From Adineta vaga (taxonomy: Eukaryota > Animalia > Rotifera): a stretch of 64,000 nucleotides of DNA. The translations under genes were made by a program, and so were the position numbers. The stretch's first letter is position 1. Every line of letters begins with the position of its first letter. The notes beneath the pieces were generated by a model, which searched no databases, was not told where the DNA came from, and was given only the letters and a program-made list of their open reading frames with translations. Below are positions 28,250-39,914 of the stretch, piece by piece. The stretch spans positions 6,262,001-6,326,000 of the forward strand of contig CP075493.1 in NCBI GenBank assembly GCA_021613535.1, read 5' to 3'.

Positions 28250-29772
28250 ATGTCTCATAATATGAAATCATCAATAGAATCAGCACCTATTGCTGTTAGT
28301 GGTCCAACAGCATCTGTTGGTGAACATCCAAATGCTATCACTAATCGGTAAGTTAAATTATTTGCAAGTTTGTTGTTTGAAAAGATGAAATTTATCTTCG
28401 AATAGATTTTATACATATGAATGTGTACAAGAAATCGTTGGTTTTATACAAAAATTAATACCAACAAAACCTGAAATAGCAATTATTTGTGGCTCAGGTT
28501 TAGGTGGTTTAGCTGAATTAGTTACCGACAAAATTATTATACCCTATGCCGATATTCCACATTTTCCAAAATCGACAGGTGAGATTGAATTTTTTTGTCT
28601 TATCAAATCATTTTAGAAAACATATCTCTACGAAATCTAGTGGTGGGTCATCGTAGTAATCTTGTCTTTGGTAATTTAAATGGACTTTATGTTGTCTGTA
28701 TGCAAGGTCGTTTTCATCCTTATGAAGGATATACAACAGCAACGGTAAAGATTATTTGTTTTATTCTTTTCAATATATGCATTGATATATAATTCATGAG
28801 AAGATTTCTTTGTCGTAAAAATGATATTTATAGATTTAGTAGAACAATAGTAGTTTTTCAACTTTTATTTGATAATCGATATTTTTAGTGTGCTTTTCCT
28901 GTACGAGTTATGCGTATGCTTGGTGCACATACATTAATTGTTACTTGGTATATTTTGTTTCGAATTTTGTATTTAATTATGAATAAATCGTTTATTTTAG
29001 TGCTGCCGGTGGTGTGAATAAAGATTTTAGTGTTGGTGATATTATGTTAATTAAAGATCATTTAAATTTTCCCAATTTAGCTGGTAACAATCCATTAATT
29101 GGACATAATGATGAACGGTAAATAAACTTGGAGAAATTGTCTTTTTTATTTTGTCTTCACTGTTCGTTTTTTTTTCATTTCAGATTTGGTAAGATGATAT
29201 ATAGTGAAAACATCACAATAATCATTCTTTTCTTACAGGACCACGTTTTCCACCTGTTGGTCATGCTTATGATCGTAAATATTTATCGAAAATGAAAGAC
29301 TTAGCAAAAAAGCAAAATGTCGAATTACGTGAAGGAGTCTATTGTGGCCTAGGTAGATGATAGTTTTATATTTATAATTGACATATGAGTCTAAATCGAT
29401 GATAAAACGTTTTTCTTTCTGCTTCCTGCATTAAGGTGGCCCATGCTATGAAACAATCGCCGAAATCAACATGCTTAGAATACTCGGCGGTGATGCTGTT
29501 GGTAAGCGAGATCATTACTTGTCAGAAATAAGAATCAGTTCTATTTGTACTTTATTTTAGGTATGTCAACTGTTCATGAAGTGACATTAGCAGCTCATTG
29601 TGGTTTTCGTACACTTGGTTTGGCATTGATTACTAATAAATGTTTATGGGATTATGATACAACATATGAACCTGTTCATGAAGATGTCATTCGTATAAGT
29701 GAATTGAAAGCTAATGAATTACAACAATTGATCTTCGATTTTATTGGCTTTATCAAAGATCATAGTTCATAA
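28250..29772 (+). CDS. PNP: Purine nucleoside phosphorylase (trimeric PNP type)
   Basis: [19 protein letters not shown]|[31 protein letters not shown] (through a 5-nt exon), [24 protein letters not shown]. Confidence 0.95.
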
Positions 29773-30014
29773 TTCAATCAACAGAAGATTAAGAAAAACA
29801 AAAACATTTGATTTCTCTTTTTTGTTCTTGCCGTCCTCATTCTTTCCATTTTTCTTGTGTTTCCCATTAATCGGTATCAGACCAACAACCGTGTTTTAGT
29901 CTTTTCTCTCTCTCTCTTTCTTTGTAACGCTATTGTCTTTGTGAAGATTTATGTGAAACAACAAACAAAAAAAGGCATTTTGCTATTCTCTTTAGATGTA
30001 AAGAAAGAAAGATC

Positions 30015-32996
30015 ATGTCCGATCAACTGACTGAGGGTAGATTGATTTTATTTTGGTTTTGTCTTGAAATTTTCTATCGTACTTCTTTCAGTTAAATCGG
30101 TTTTTCATAAACGATTTGCTCATCTTTCATCTGCAATTACGAATCGGTTATGGTTAAATGCCCATACCAATTATGATTGCGATGTTTTATTAACATTTCC
30201 AGCACGAATTGATGATAACGTCATTGTTTGGTATTTGGAGAAGTTTCTCCAACTCGAACCAGATATTCGTATTTCAATTAAATATCATTTTACTACAGGT
30301 AAACATCGATATTTTTAAAACTTATATCTGTATTTTGTTGACATAGGTGTTTACGGATTTTATTTAACTTTCACTTACGAAAGGTGAAGATTTTTGTCGA
30401 ATCATATGAATGAATAGTTTTTCTGTTTGTGTATAGAATTTTGAAGGGTGCTGATGCTCTTCAATTAGAAAAGCCGATAAAACAAGAGTTTGGTGGTGGT
30501 TATCAAATATTCTTGTTTGATGAATTAGAACTTTATCAAGGTAAAAGATGAAAATGAAATACAAAGTTCTATCTTTTCAAACGTTTATTTTAGGTGTTGA
30601 AAATGAAGATCAATTTTTTAGTACGCAAGAACGACAATCAATTGTTCTTCATCTTCTTTATTCAATGAGAATGAATGAAAATCAAATTCTCAATGGAACA
30701 AAATTTAAAATTGATCAATCATTAAGTAAATTGAGATTTATAATTTTCATGAAAAGATTGTCTCGTATTTATTTAGTTCAACGTGGTTTAGAGAAAAATT
30801 TCATTCGACAAATCATTCCATTACATAATAAAGAACAATTAAATCGTTTGAGAGATACATGGGTATGGCCGAAGAATGTTTTTAAACCACAACCTATCGG
30901 TACGACTAAATGATTCTTAAAACAAAATCTAATTGTATTCAATTCTTTCTAGAGGATATTCGACAATATTTTGGTGTCAAAATTGCTCTTTATTTCTGTT
31001 GGTTAAGGTAGATATAAGATTGTATATTTAAGAAGATCTCAAAGTTTCATGTAGTTTTTATACGAAAGCACTTTGTTTGCCAGCTGCTTACGGAGTTTAT
31101 ATATGGTATCATACGGGACAAAGTCAAGTTCGTAGAAATATGAACAATTCAATTCATAATATATACGAGAACGTTTTAGGAACTTGATGATAAACTATTT
31201 GTCATCAATTCGTTTTTAAATATTATTTGGGCAACTGGATTCTTAATCTTTTGGCGACGAAGACAAGCGGAATTAGCACATGAATGGAATACACTTGATA
31301 TGGAACAATTAGAAGAAACTCGGCCAACATATCAAGGTGAATTACGTCGATCACCAGTTAATGATAAATATGAGCCATACTATCCATTATGGAAACGATT
31401 ATTATTCCGTTGTTTAGTCACAATTCCATTATTAATTATCAATCTTGTTCTTGTTTCCATATGCATTGTTCTGATCATTCGTTTTCAAAGTTGGATTGAT
31501 CGACAACTAAAAGCTGGTCGATTACCTTGTATAAATTATAAAATATTTTATTCTCTAATCATTCTTTATTGTTATTTTTGTATAGCATTGATGTCATTAA
31601 CAGAATTATTTCCGAAAATTTTATTAGCTTTAGTCACAACAATATTTGATGATGTTTATAAACGTGTTTGTCGTTGGTTAACAGACAAAGGTATGAAGAT
31701 AGATTATAAATGAATGAAATATTTGTTTTTCTATTTCTTGGAAAGAAAATTATCGAGAACAACGTGCACATGATAATCAAATGATTGCAAAAATGTTTGC
31801 TGTAAGATTAATTGAGTTTACGACAATTATTTTCTGACAGTTATTTTCTTTCCTATGGAATTCTAGTGTGCCTGTGTTAATTCATATTTAGGCGTATTTT
31901 ATATTGCCTTTTTTACACATAAATATATTCGATTATCTGATGTAAGTAAATATATCTTAGATGAAGTGAAATCTTCAGAATAAATCGTCTATTTTTAAAC
32001 TTATTCTAGCAATTGATTACTATTTTTGTTATAAAGCAATTTTGGGATCATATTAAAGTGTGTAAATTGAAGAATTTTTCAACAATGAAAAATAATCTTT
32101 TGTTTTAGGAAGCAATTATTCCATATATTGTTTCGAATACACGTTTATCTGTTTTAATTCAATTGAGTAAGAAAGAACATGCACGATATAATGAAAGGAA
32201 TGAACTTAATAATGAATTAAAACGTATACTTGACCAATGGAATACTTCGAAACAAACAAAAATCATTGCATTTAATCCACGAGATTCTCTTCCAAGTTTT
32301 GAAACATTATCATTATCACAAGCCGAAATTGAATGTTTACAACCGAAATGGCCAGATTTATATGAAGATTCATTAGAATTAGTAATTCAATTTGGTTATA
32401 TCATCTTTCTATCAGCATTATTTCCTCTCGCAGCATTCTTCTCATTATTAAATAACATACTAGAAATTCGAACCGATGCATTTAAATTATGTATGATCTA
32501 TCAACGACCTTTTTCACAACGTGTCAAAGATATTGGTCATTGGCAGGTAGAGAACATTGTCTTGTTTATACAATCGAAATTGTTTTTGTTATTTTATTGT
32601 AGAAAATTATGGAATATATGATCATAGCAGCGATTATTATTAATTGTATATTTTGTTCGATTCGTGGAGTTTTTCGTCGACTATTACCAGGTCTTCCATT
32701 TGCAGCAGAAATTTTTCTACTTGTTTGTATTGAAGTATGTTAAAATAGTCTTAAATCTGAACTATAATGAATATGGACTATTTTAGCATCTATTGGTATT
32801 ATTTTGTAAAACAATTCGATCGAGTATTGAAAATGTACCCTATTGGGTTCGAGTAGAAAAAGCGAAAATGGAATATCGTCGACGTGAAGCATTGAAAGTA
32901 AGAGAGAAAATCTTCCATTCAATCTATTGAAATATACACTTTTAGAAACTTGAATGCAATGCATTACATAATCAATCTCATGTCAATGAAGAATAA
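30015..32996 (+). CDS. Anoctamin/TMEM16, ANO8-like
   Basis: CDVLLTFP, FFSTQERQSIV, PLH, QPI|EDIRQYFGVKIALYF, WRRRQAELA, ENYREQ, YEDSLELVIQFGYI, FPLAAFFSLLNNILEIRTDAFKLC, EYRRREAL. Confidence 0.92.
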
Positions 32997-33204
32997 ATAA
33001 TAATAATATATACTTCCTGAGAATTTTTCCATGAACAAATGTTCTGTCTTGTCTTGTCATATTCATGTACATACATATATAACATAATCTGACTGTTTGT
33101 GGTAGAATAAGAGAAAAAACATGTGTCTATATTCGTATAACCAAGCTGATTATTTCTTTTCATATCTTTTTCGACTTTGTTCATTAAAATTCAGAATAAT
33201 ATAT

Positions 33205-35951
33205 TCATCTACTCAATCTAAATTTATTTCGTTGATTTTTTGAACGATTAAGAAATGATTCTCTTCGCAGATAAATTTCATTTAAATAGTGATATAAAAT
33301 TTGTTTTTCATGAAATAATCGTTTTAAATGTGAAAGCTCATTGGATTTTTTTGAAAGTTTCTTTTTGGTTAGAATTAATTTTGATAGATTGTCAAATTCG
33401 ATAGGTGAATTGATTTTTAATGTATGCCAATGATGTATCGAGTTTGAGTCTATTTTCATTTTTAATTCAAGTTGATTTTGTAAATTCGTAAATTGATTAG
33501 ATAAGGATTGAGAATGAAGATATTCATGATTTTGTTGAGATTTAAATCTAACTGATTCTTGCAATTGATTGTTATAAATTCGTAAAGAAAAATAGTATTT
33601 ATGAAGAATATTAAGATCTAATTTTAATTCATCAATTATTTTAACTAGATGAAAAAAGCAAAGAATGTAATATTTAAGTTATTATTGATTATATACTTTT
33701 GTTATGATATTGTTGAGTGAAATATTTGATTTTATTGTTTAAAATTGGTGATTGATTATTAAAAATAGCGTGTTTTTCTCCAAGTAATTGGATCAGAAAA
33801 GTGAACTTTTCATATTGTCGTTTTAATTGTTTATTTTCATTGTTAATTGAAGTAAATATTTCTTTTAAGTCTTCATAACTATATTCTGATTGTTGAAGAT
33901 TATGATAAAAAGTTTTGATATTCATTTTAGTTTTCTCGTGTTCGAAAAGATATTGATGTAATGATTGATTCTCTTGTAGGAGAATGTCATCGATTTGTTT
34001 CGTATCGAAAGTTAATTTTGATATCATTGTTTTATAATGAATAATTTTAGCTTCATTTTGTTTTAAATTTTTGTCTAATGCAAGATGATTGACTTCATTG
34101 TGAATAAGTTGTCTTTGATTACGTGAAATTTCTTTCATTAATGGTCTTTCATCGATTGAAAGCTTATGAATCTTTTGTGTAAATGATAAAACTTTACATT
34201 TACTTTCAGTCACTTTTCTATGCTGACTTGTAAGTTCATCTTGTGTTGTAGATAAACAATGTTCTAAATTAAGTAATTCTTTTGCATACAAATCAATATG
34301 ATGGCCTTTCAAATTAATCAGATGATTCTTTTGTTCAACTTGTTCAGTTACACGATTGATTTCGAGGTTGGTCAAGTTGAATTGTTGATCATTGATTTGA
34401 ACTAAAGAAATACGAAATTTCTCATTCGTAAAGTTTATATCTTATCGACAACCTTTTAATATAGATTTATTATTTTGGAACCTTATCTCACTAGAGATAG
34501 GTCACCATGAAAAATAGGCTATGTGAGGCAAAGGGAGACAAGCGGTTCCTTATGGATTTGGCGAGAACTATCAGGAATTATTAGAATATCTCAGAATCTA
34601 TTAGGAATCGCTTTTTCGGATGGTACTAACTAGTTTTTTGTAAATTATTGGTGTATTGTTGTTGTTTTTTATGATCATTGATCAATTGTCGATAGGAATA
34701 TTGTGTATCTTTTTGATCATGTTTACAATGAATGATTTTCTTTTGTAATAAATGATTCTTTATTGTTGTTCGTTTTATAGTCTCGAGTAACTGTTGTTGA
34801 TTGTTTAATATTTGATTTCTTTCATCTTCTCGAATATGAATCTGTTTATGAAGTTGTTGTCGATTATTATGAATTTGTTTTTGTTGAAATTCTAATCGTT
34901 GAAGATGATGATTTTGTTCCTCAATACGTTTTTGTAGATTTGATAATTGTGTTTCATAATTTGTACGATTAATTGTAAGTAAAGTTAGATCTTGTTTATA
35001 TTTTTCGAATTTTATTTGATAATCGATCATTGATTTATGATAAAGTTCAATTTGTGTTTGAACATGAAAGATTAATTTTAATAGATGAGAAATTTCATTC
35101 ATAGTTGATTTATAATCAATCAGTAAGGTTTGAATATCATTCGTATTTGAAAGAAGATGATGGATTCTTTTGTTCAACTGTTCATGAGTATGAATATTGA
35201 TTTGTTGTTGAGTTTGAATTCTCATTTTCATTTCATTGATGTTTTGTGTTGCGTGTAAAATAGTTGTACGAAATTGTTCGAGAGATAAGTGAATCTCTTT
35301 TACTTTGAGTAATAGTTCACTATGTTCCTTTTCTATTAAAGTTAAATTTGCTAATTGTTCATCGTTTTCTAATTGAGTTCGATTGAAAAGTTTTTGTGAA
35401 TCTTCATAAATTAATTCTTGAGAAATTGTTGATCCTATTACTGTTTCAAACATCTGTCGTAGTCGAGATGTTGTCGTTCGTAGAGTCTTAAGAGATGATC
35501 AAAATTTCAAACTAGAGAAAGTCATAGAATCTCGAGGGTATATTACAACTTCTTCTACTCAAACATAATATGTCCTTTTTTTTTATATTAACCTGAACAA
35601 GATGCCATGTATTCATCTCTATGATCTTCATATTTGTTAGAGTTTGATTCAACTCTTGTAATTTTGTTTTCAATGTTTTCAATGTTTTCTTATCACTAGT
35701 TCGAAATTCATTCGTATAATTGATCTCTAACTCATGTTTTAAATGTTGAATTTCTTTTAAAAGAAAATCTTGTGAACTTTTCAAATGTTGACCTAAACAT
35801 TTCAAATTAAAGATTTATTTGAATTCTTTACTTTCTTTTCTTACAACAGACCAATCTGTTCGCTTTCGTTAACTAAATTATCAACATGAACATTATCCAT
35901 TGAATGAGCAATGACATGCAACTGTTTTATTTGATGAGAAAATTCCTCCAT
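33205..35951 (-). CDS. Long coiled-coil protein (CCDC-like), multi-exon
   Basis: Successive heptad-rich ORFs separated by short introns; ATG at 35951; no catalytic motifs seen. Confidence 0.65.
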
Positions 35952-36012
35952 TGTAGAATAAATTTCTATCTAATACGCGCTAAATAGATAGTTTTACTAC
36001 GAAAAACACAGT

Positions 36013-36501
36013 TTAATAATCAATACCAAAATATCGAAAAGCATGAGTTAATGTCCAAAGAGGACCAATCAAAAGAAATTGTAAATCTTTGAAAAATGCT
36101 GGTTTCTTTCCTTCAATTTCATGACCAATAAACTGACCAATCCAAGCCAGAATGAAAATAATCAATGCCAAACGAAATATTCGGAAATGATTTTTTTCCA
36201 TGATAATCAATGCCATAATTACAAATAAGAATATAATTGCCATTCCAATTGCTAATGAAGGCGATAGATTCCAATAGAAAGCTAAAATTGGTATAAGTAT
36301 AAGTGATGGATTGATAAGTCCCACTTGACCAATAGATATTGTATTACGAATATTCTTTGGTACAACTGGTAAACACCAAAGCATGGCAAAAATTGTAAAT
36401 GTTATTGCTGGTACACAGATCTTATGTATGAGAATATTCACAGGATTTTGATGTGATAAAGAATATTCATCTAACCATGCAGTTAATTCTTTTCCCGGCA
36501 T
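36013..36501 (-). CDS. Mpo1/DUF962-family membrane protein (2-hydroxy fatty acid dioxygenase-like), intronless, bacterial-type
   Basis: EYSLSHQNPVNILIHKICVP and AWIGQFIGHEIEGKKPAFFKDLQFLLIGPLW are signature motifs of the family. Confidence 0.9.
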   Translation of the reverse strand: MPGKELTAWLDEYSLSHQNPVNILIHKICVPAITFTIFAMLWCLPVVPKNIRNTISIGQVGLINPSLILIPILAFYWNLSPSLAIGMAIIFLFVIMALIIMEKNHFRIFRLALIIFILAWIGQFIGHEIEGKKPAFFKDLQFLLIGPLWTLTHAFRYFGIDY

Positions 36502-36658
36502 CTAGAATAAATGGAAGAGAATATTTTCTTTATTTTATTCAAATTGTAGAATTTCGTTTTTTTATTTTGTTTGTAAGAAATTATAAACATAAAAAAATAA
36601 TAGTAAGAGAACGCATAGAAGCTTATCTGACAAAAATCAAAAACTATTTCATTATTTA

Positions 36659-39600
36659 CTAACGACGACGTCGACCACGTTTCGCTTTTGGTGTTAATCT
36701 AAAATACAAATAAAATCCACTATTAGATATCATTTAATCGTCTCTAGAAAACATTTCTACTAAGATAGTCTGTATATCTCGAACTTACATTGTTTTATTT
36801 CCATTAAGATGCTGTTGTGGATCATATTTAAGAACTAAATCAGTTGCTTCTGGATGTCGTTCTATATACGCTTGTTTTGCTTCATCATAAGCTAAACGCA
36901 TTTCTTCTTGATGTAATTGCACAACATCATTTATCGCTCCACATTTTTCATTATTATTAAAATGTTCATAACCTTTGATCGGTTTACGACAAACATAACA
37001 CATTGATGCACCACACGCACAAGTCATTTTATTGCAACCTATTGAATAATATAAGCGAAAGAATTTTGGTAAGTGCAGGAAAATTCATTCAAAATTGTAT
37101 ACCTTCAAGCTTATAAAATCGTTGTTTACATTTATAACAAATTCGAATCATCGCTTCTGAAACACGATTTTCAATAAATGTTCGCATATCTAATTCATCT
37201 TTTTTCTCAACTTCATCACATCGTAATGGAATATGATTTGATTCTCCACAACTTCGACAGGTTTCTTTCAAACATTCTTGATTTAAACAACGAAAAACAC
37301 GTTCATTCGGATCATCAATAACTAGAATCATAAATGACATTTTTTCTAAAGTCACTTCTATGGATTAGAAAGAATTGCTTAACTTACTTGTTCCAAATGT
37401 ACAAAATTTACATTGTTCAAAATTTGAAATATTCGCTCGACGTAATTCTTCTTGTTGGATTTTAATAAGTAATCGAGAAAAAAGTGTCGGTGCCAATAAA
37501 TGACCCATTAATGATGTGGAATATTCTGATTTACATGTCGGATTTAAACATGTAAAAAAACATTCACCATTCGATATAAAACCATTCTCAATATAATTTC
37601 TTATACATGTTCTATAGAAAATGAATGTAGAAAGTAAAACTAGGCAGTTGAAACAGCCTACCGACAAAATCGATGATCATTATCACATTTAATCATATCA
37701 TCATCAAGTAATTGATCATCACAGCAACATTCACATGTTTGTAATGTTCCATTCAATGCTGCATCATGAATTTGTTCATCACGTAAATCTTTTTTCCGTG
37801 TCAAATATTCTTTAATGAGAAGAAGAAAAAAAAAGAAAAATTACTGCCAGATTAAAACATTCAAACAAGAAAGAAAACAATCTAATCTCTCATTATTTCT
37901 GTAAATCTTGAATATAATAAATCACGTCATCTTCTTTATCTCGTGTATAGAACATATCTCTTGATTTAGTTCTTAATATTGGATGTTCTTGACAAATTTG
38001 AACGAAACGATTCAGTAGTTCAGCGGATGGTTGACGTGTTCGTGTCATTAAATCAATGCCTGCACTAGTGAAAAGTGTTGAGCCAAACATTGTTGCTACC
38101 CATTGATAGGGCTGATCAGCAGGTGTTTCATCATCAACAAAAACAAAACCAAACTGACTAGTGAATAATTTCATCGCACCATTTCCTCGCCATTGAAAAC
38201 GACTTGGTTTCAACGTTGATTGAGTATCGATCCCACTGATACTCGTTGGTGTGTAATGTGAAAAAGGTCGTTTAGTATAATATTCAACAAGATCATTGAT
38301 ACGTACATGTCCATCAGGTAACGTATCACGAATTGAATATGTTATTGTTGGTGCTAATCTACTTTTCCACATGTTAAGATTTGTGGCATAAATATGCCAA
38401 AGACCCAAAGCACGATTAGGATTGAATTCCATTACACTTGCTTCATCGATTTCTTTCGATGACATGATGAGTATTGTGTCGAAAGATAGTTTGCCTTTGT
38501 TTTCGATCAATAAAGCAAATGCGTCCGGTAGCGTTTACGCGTCAATGAAGAATGGGTTGGTTAGAAGAAGAAAAAAAAAGCGAGAACTGACTAAACGTGT
38601 TTTTCTTTCTTTCGTTCTGTTTTTTTCTTAACGGTAAATAACATTACGACACAAAAGCATGTATTCTTTTGATCAAACTATTCTTTCCTGTACTTACTCA
38701 CCTATAATTTCATCTTCATGTTTTGTATAACACAATTCCTAGACGAAAGAAATGTTCATTAGTGAAAATGAATATTAAAAAAGAGTCTTACTTTGTAAAA
38801 TATCTCATCAGGAATATCAGGAATTGAAAGCGCTGCTCGAGCTCGTTGATTCATTCGTTTTGGAACAGCTAAAATCAAGTTTCAATGGAAACTTCAGAAT
38901 TTTCTTTACTTGAGATCGTTTTACCGTTAAGAGATTTGTTTCGATGATGATTTGAATTCATATGATATGTAAAAAATTCTTCTCGAAGTTGTTTCATAGC
39001 TGGTGCAAAACGATAATTATTAGTTTCTAACATCTGTTTGATATAATCACTGGACATTCGAACAAAAGCATTGGCTAAATAAATATAGGCATGTGTTTTA
39101 TATGATTCCGAAACATTCTTCGTTCGATCATAGAAATATTCTAATGGATTTGGAAATGTTTTGAGAAATTCTTCAACTTCAAATTTTGGATTACGTAAAT
39201 TTTCTTTTAATCGTTCATTACGTAAACGTTCTAATTTTTCTGTTAATTTTACATAACCATGTTCGATAAGACTTGTAATTAATGTATTTAAATCTGGTTT
39301 ATTCGATGAATTATCAAGAAATTTCATATAGGATTCTAATGCATAATCAGGATCAATATCTGGTAAAATAGCAAGTAAACGATGATACTCATCTGGAATA
39401 AAACCATCATCAATATTCATATCATCAAATGATCGTTTCGTAGTGGTGGTGGAGGAGGAGGTGGAGGACTGAACAGCATCATAGGAAAGTAATTCATTAA
39501 CAATATCATCATACCAATTTGGATTTGATTCATTTTTTAAACGAATATAAACATCTTTAATATGATCATGTGGAATTGAATTGAAGACATCGTAGAGAGT

Positions 39601-39914
39601 TTGAAGAGTATCATCAGTAATTGTTGGCGTAACTGTCGTTGTCACAGTGGTCGACGGTTCTGTTGTATAGATATCTTTTGTAGGATCAGTTACTTTACCA
39701 AACGAAAGAATTTCTGCAGCAATATTTGAACAAATTGTTTCAATTGAGGCAGTACGATGTATATGCCATCCGATGATTTCAAGAGGAACTTGAACACCAG
39801 GAAATATATCATGTAAACGATCACGTATGACAATGACGGATGGATGCTAAGAAATATAAATTGGTTTTCGATATAAGAAAAATGTAGTTATCTTACAAGA
39901 TTTGCATCCGTCAT
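36659..39914 (-). CDS. RNF216: RNF216/TRIAD3-like RING-between-RING E3 ubiquitin ligase
   Basis: N-terminal CUE-like [12 protein letters not shown]; RING1 CECC..HRFC..C..CLNPTC; IBR CKFC..CLNQEC..CRSC..HIPLRC; RING2 [23 protein letters not shown]. Confidence 0.88.
37893..38465 (-). CDS. Intronless lipocalin-like (fungal/bacterial-type) protein nested in an RNF216 intron on the same strand
   Basis: [14 protein letters not shown] (GxW), ITYS, GIDT, FQWRGNG and [21 protein letters not shown] resemble an uncharacterised calycin-like family of fungi and bacteria; lies inside intron 37810-38701. Confidence 0.75.
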   Translation of the reverse strand: MSSKEIDEASVMEFNPNRALGLWHIYATNLNMWKSRLAPTITYSIRDTLPDGHVRINDLVEYYTKRPFSHYTPTSISGIDTQSTLKPSRFQWRGNGAMKLFTSQFGFVFVDDETPADQPYQWVATMFGSTLFTSAGIDLMTRTRQPSAELLNRFVQICQEHPILRTKSRDMFYTRDKEDDVIYYIQDLQK

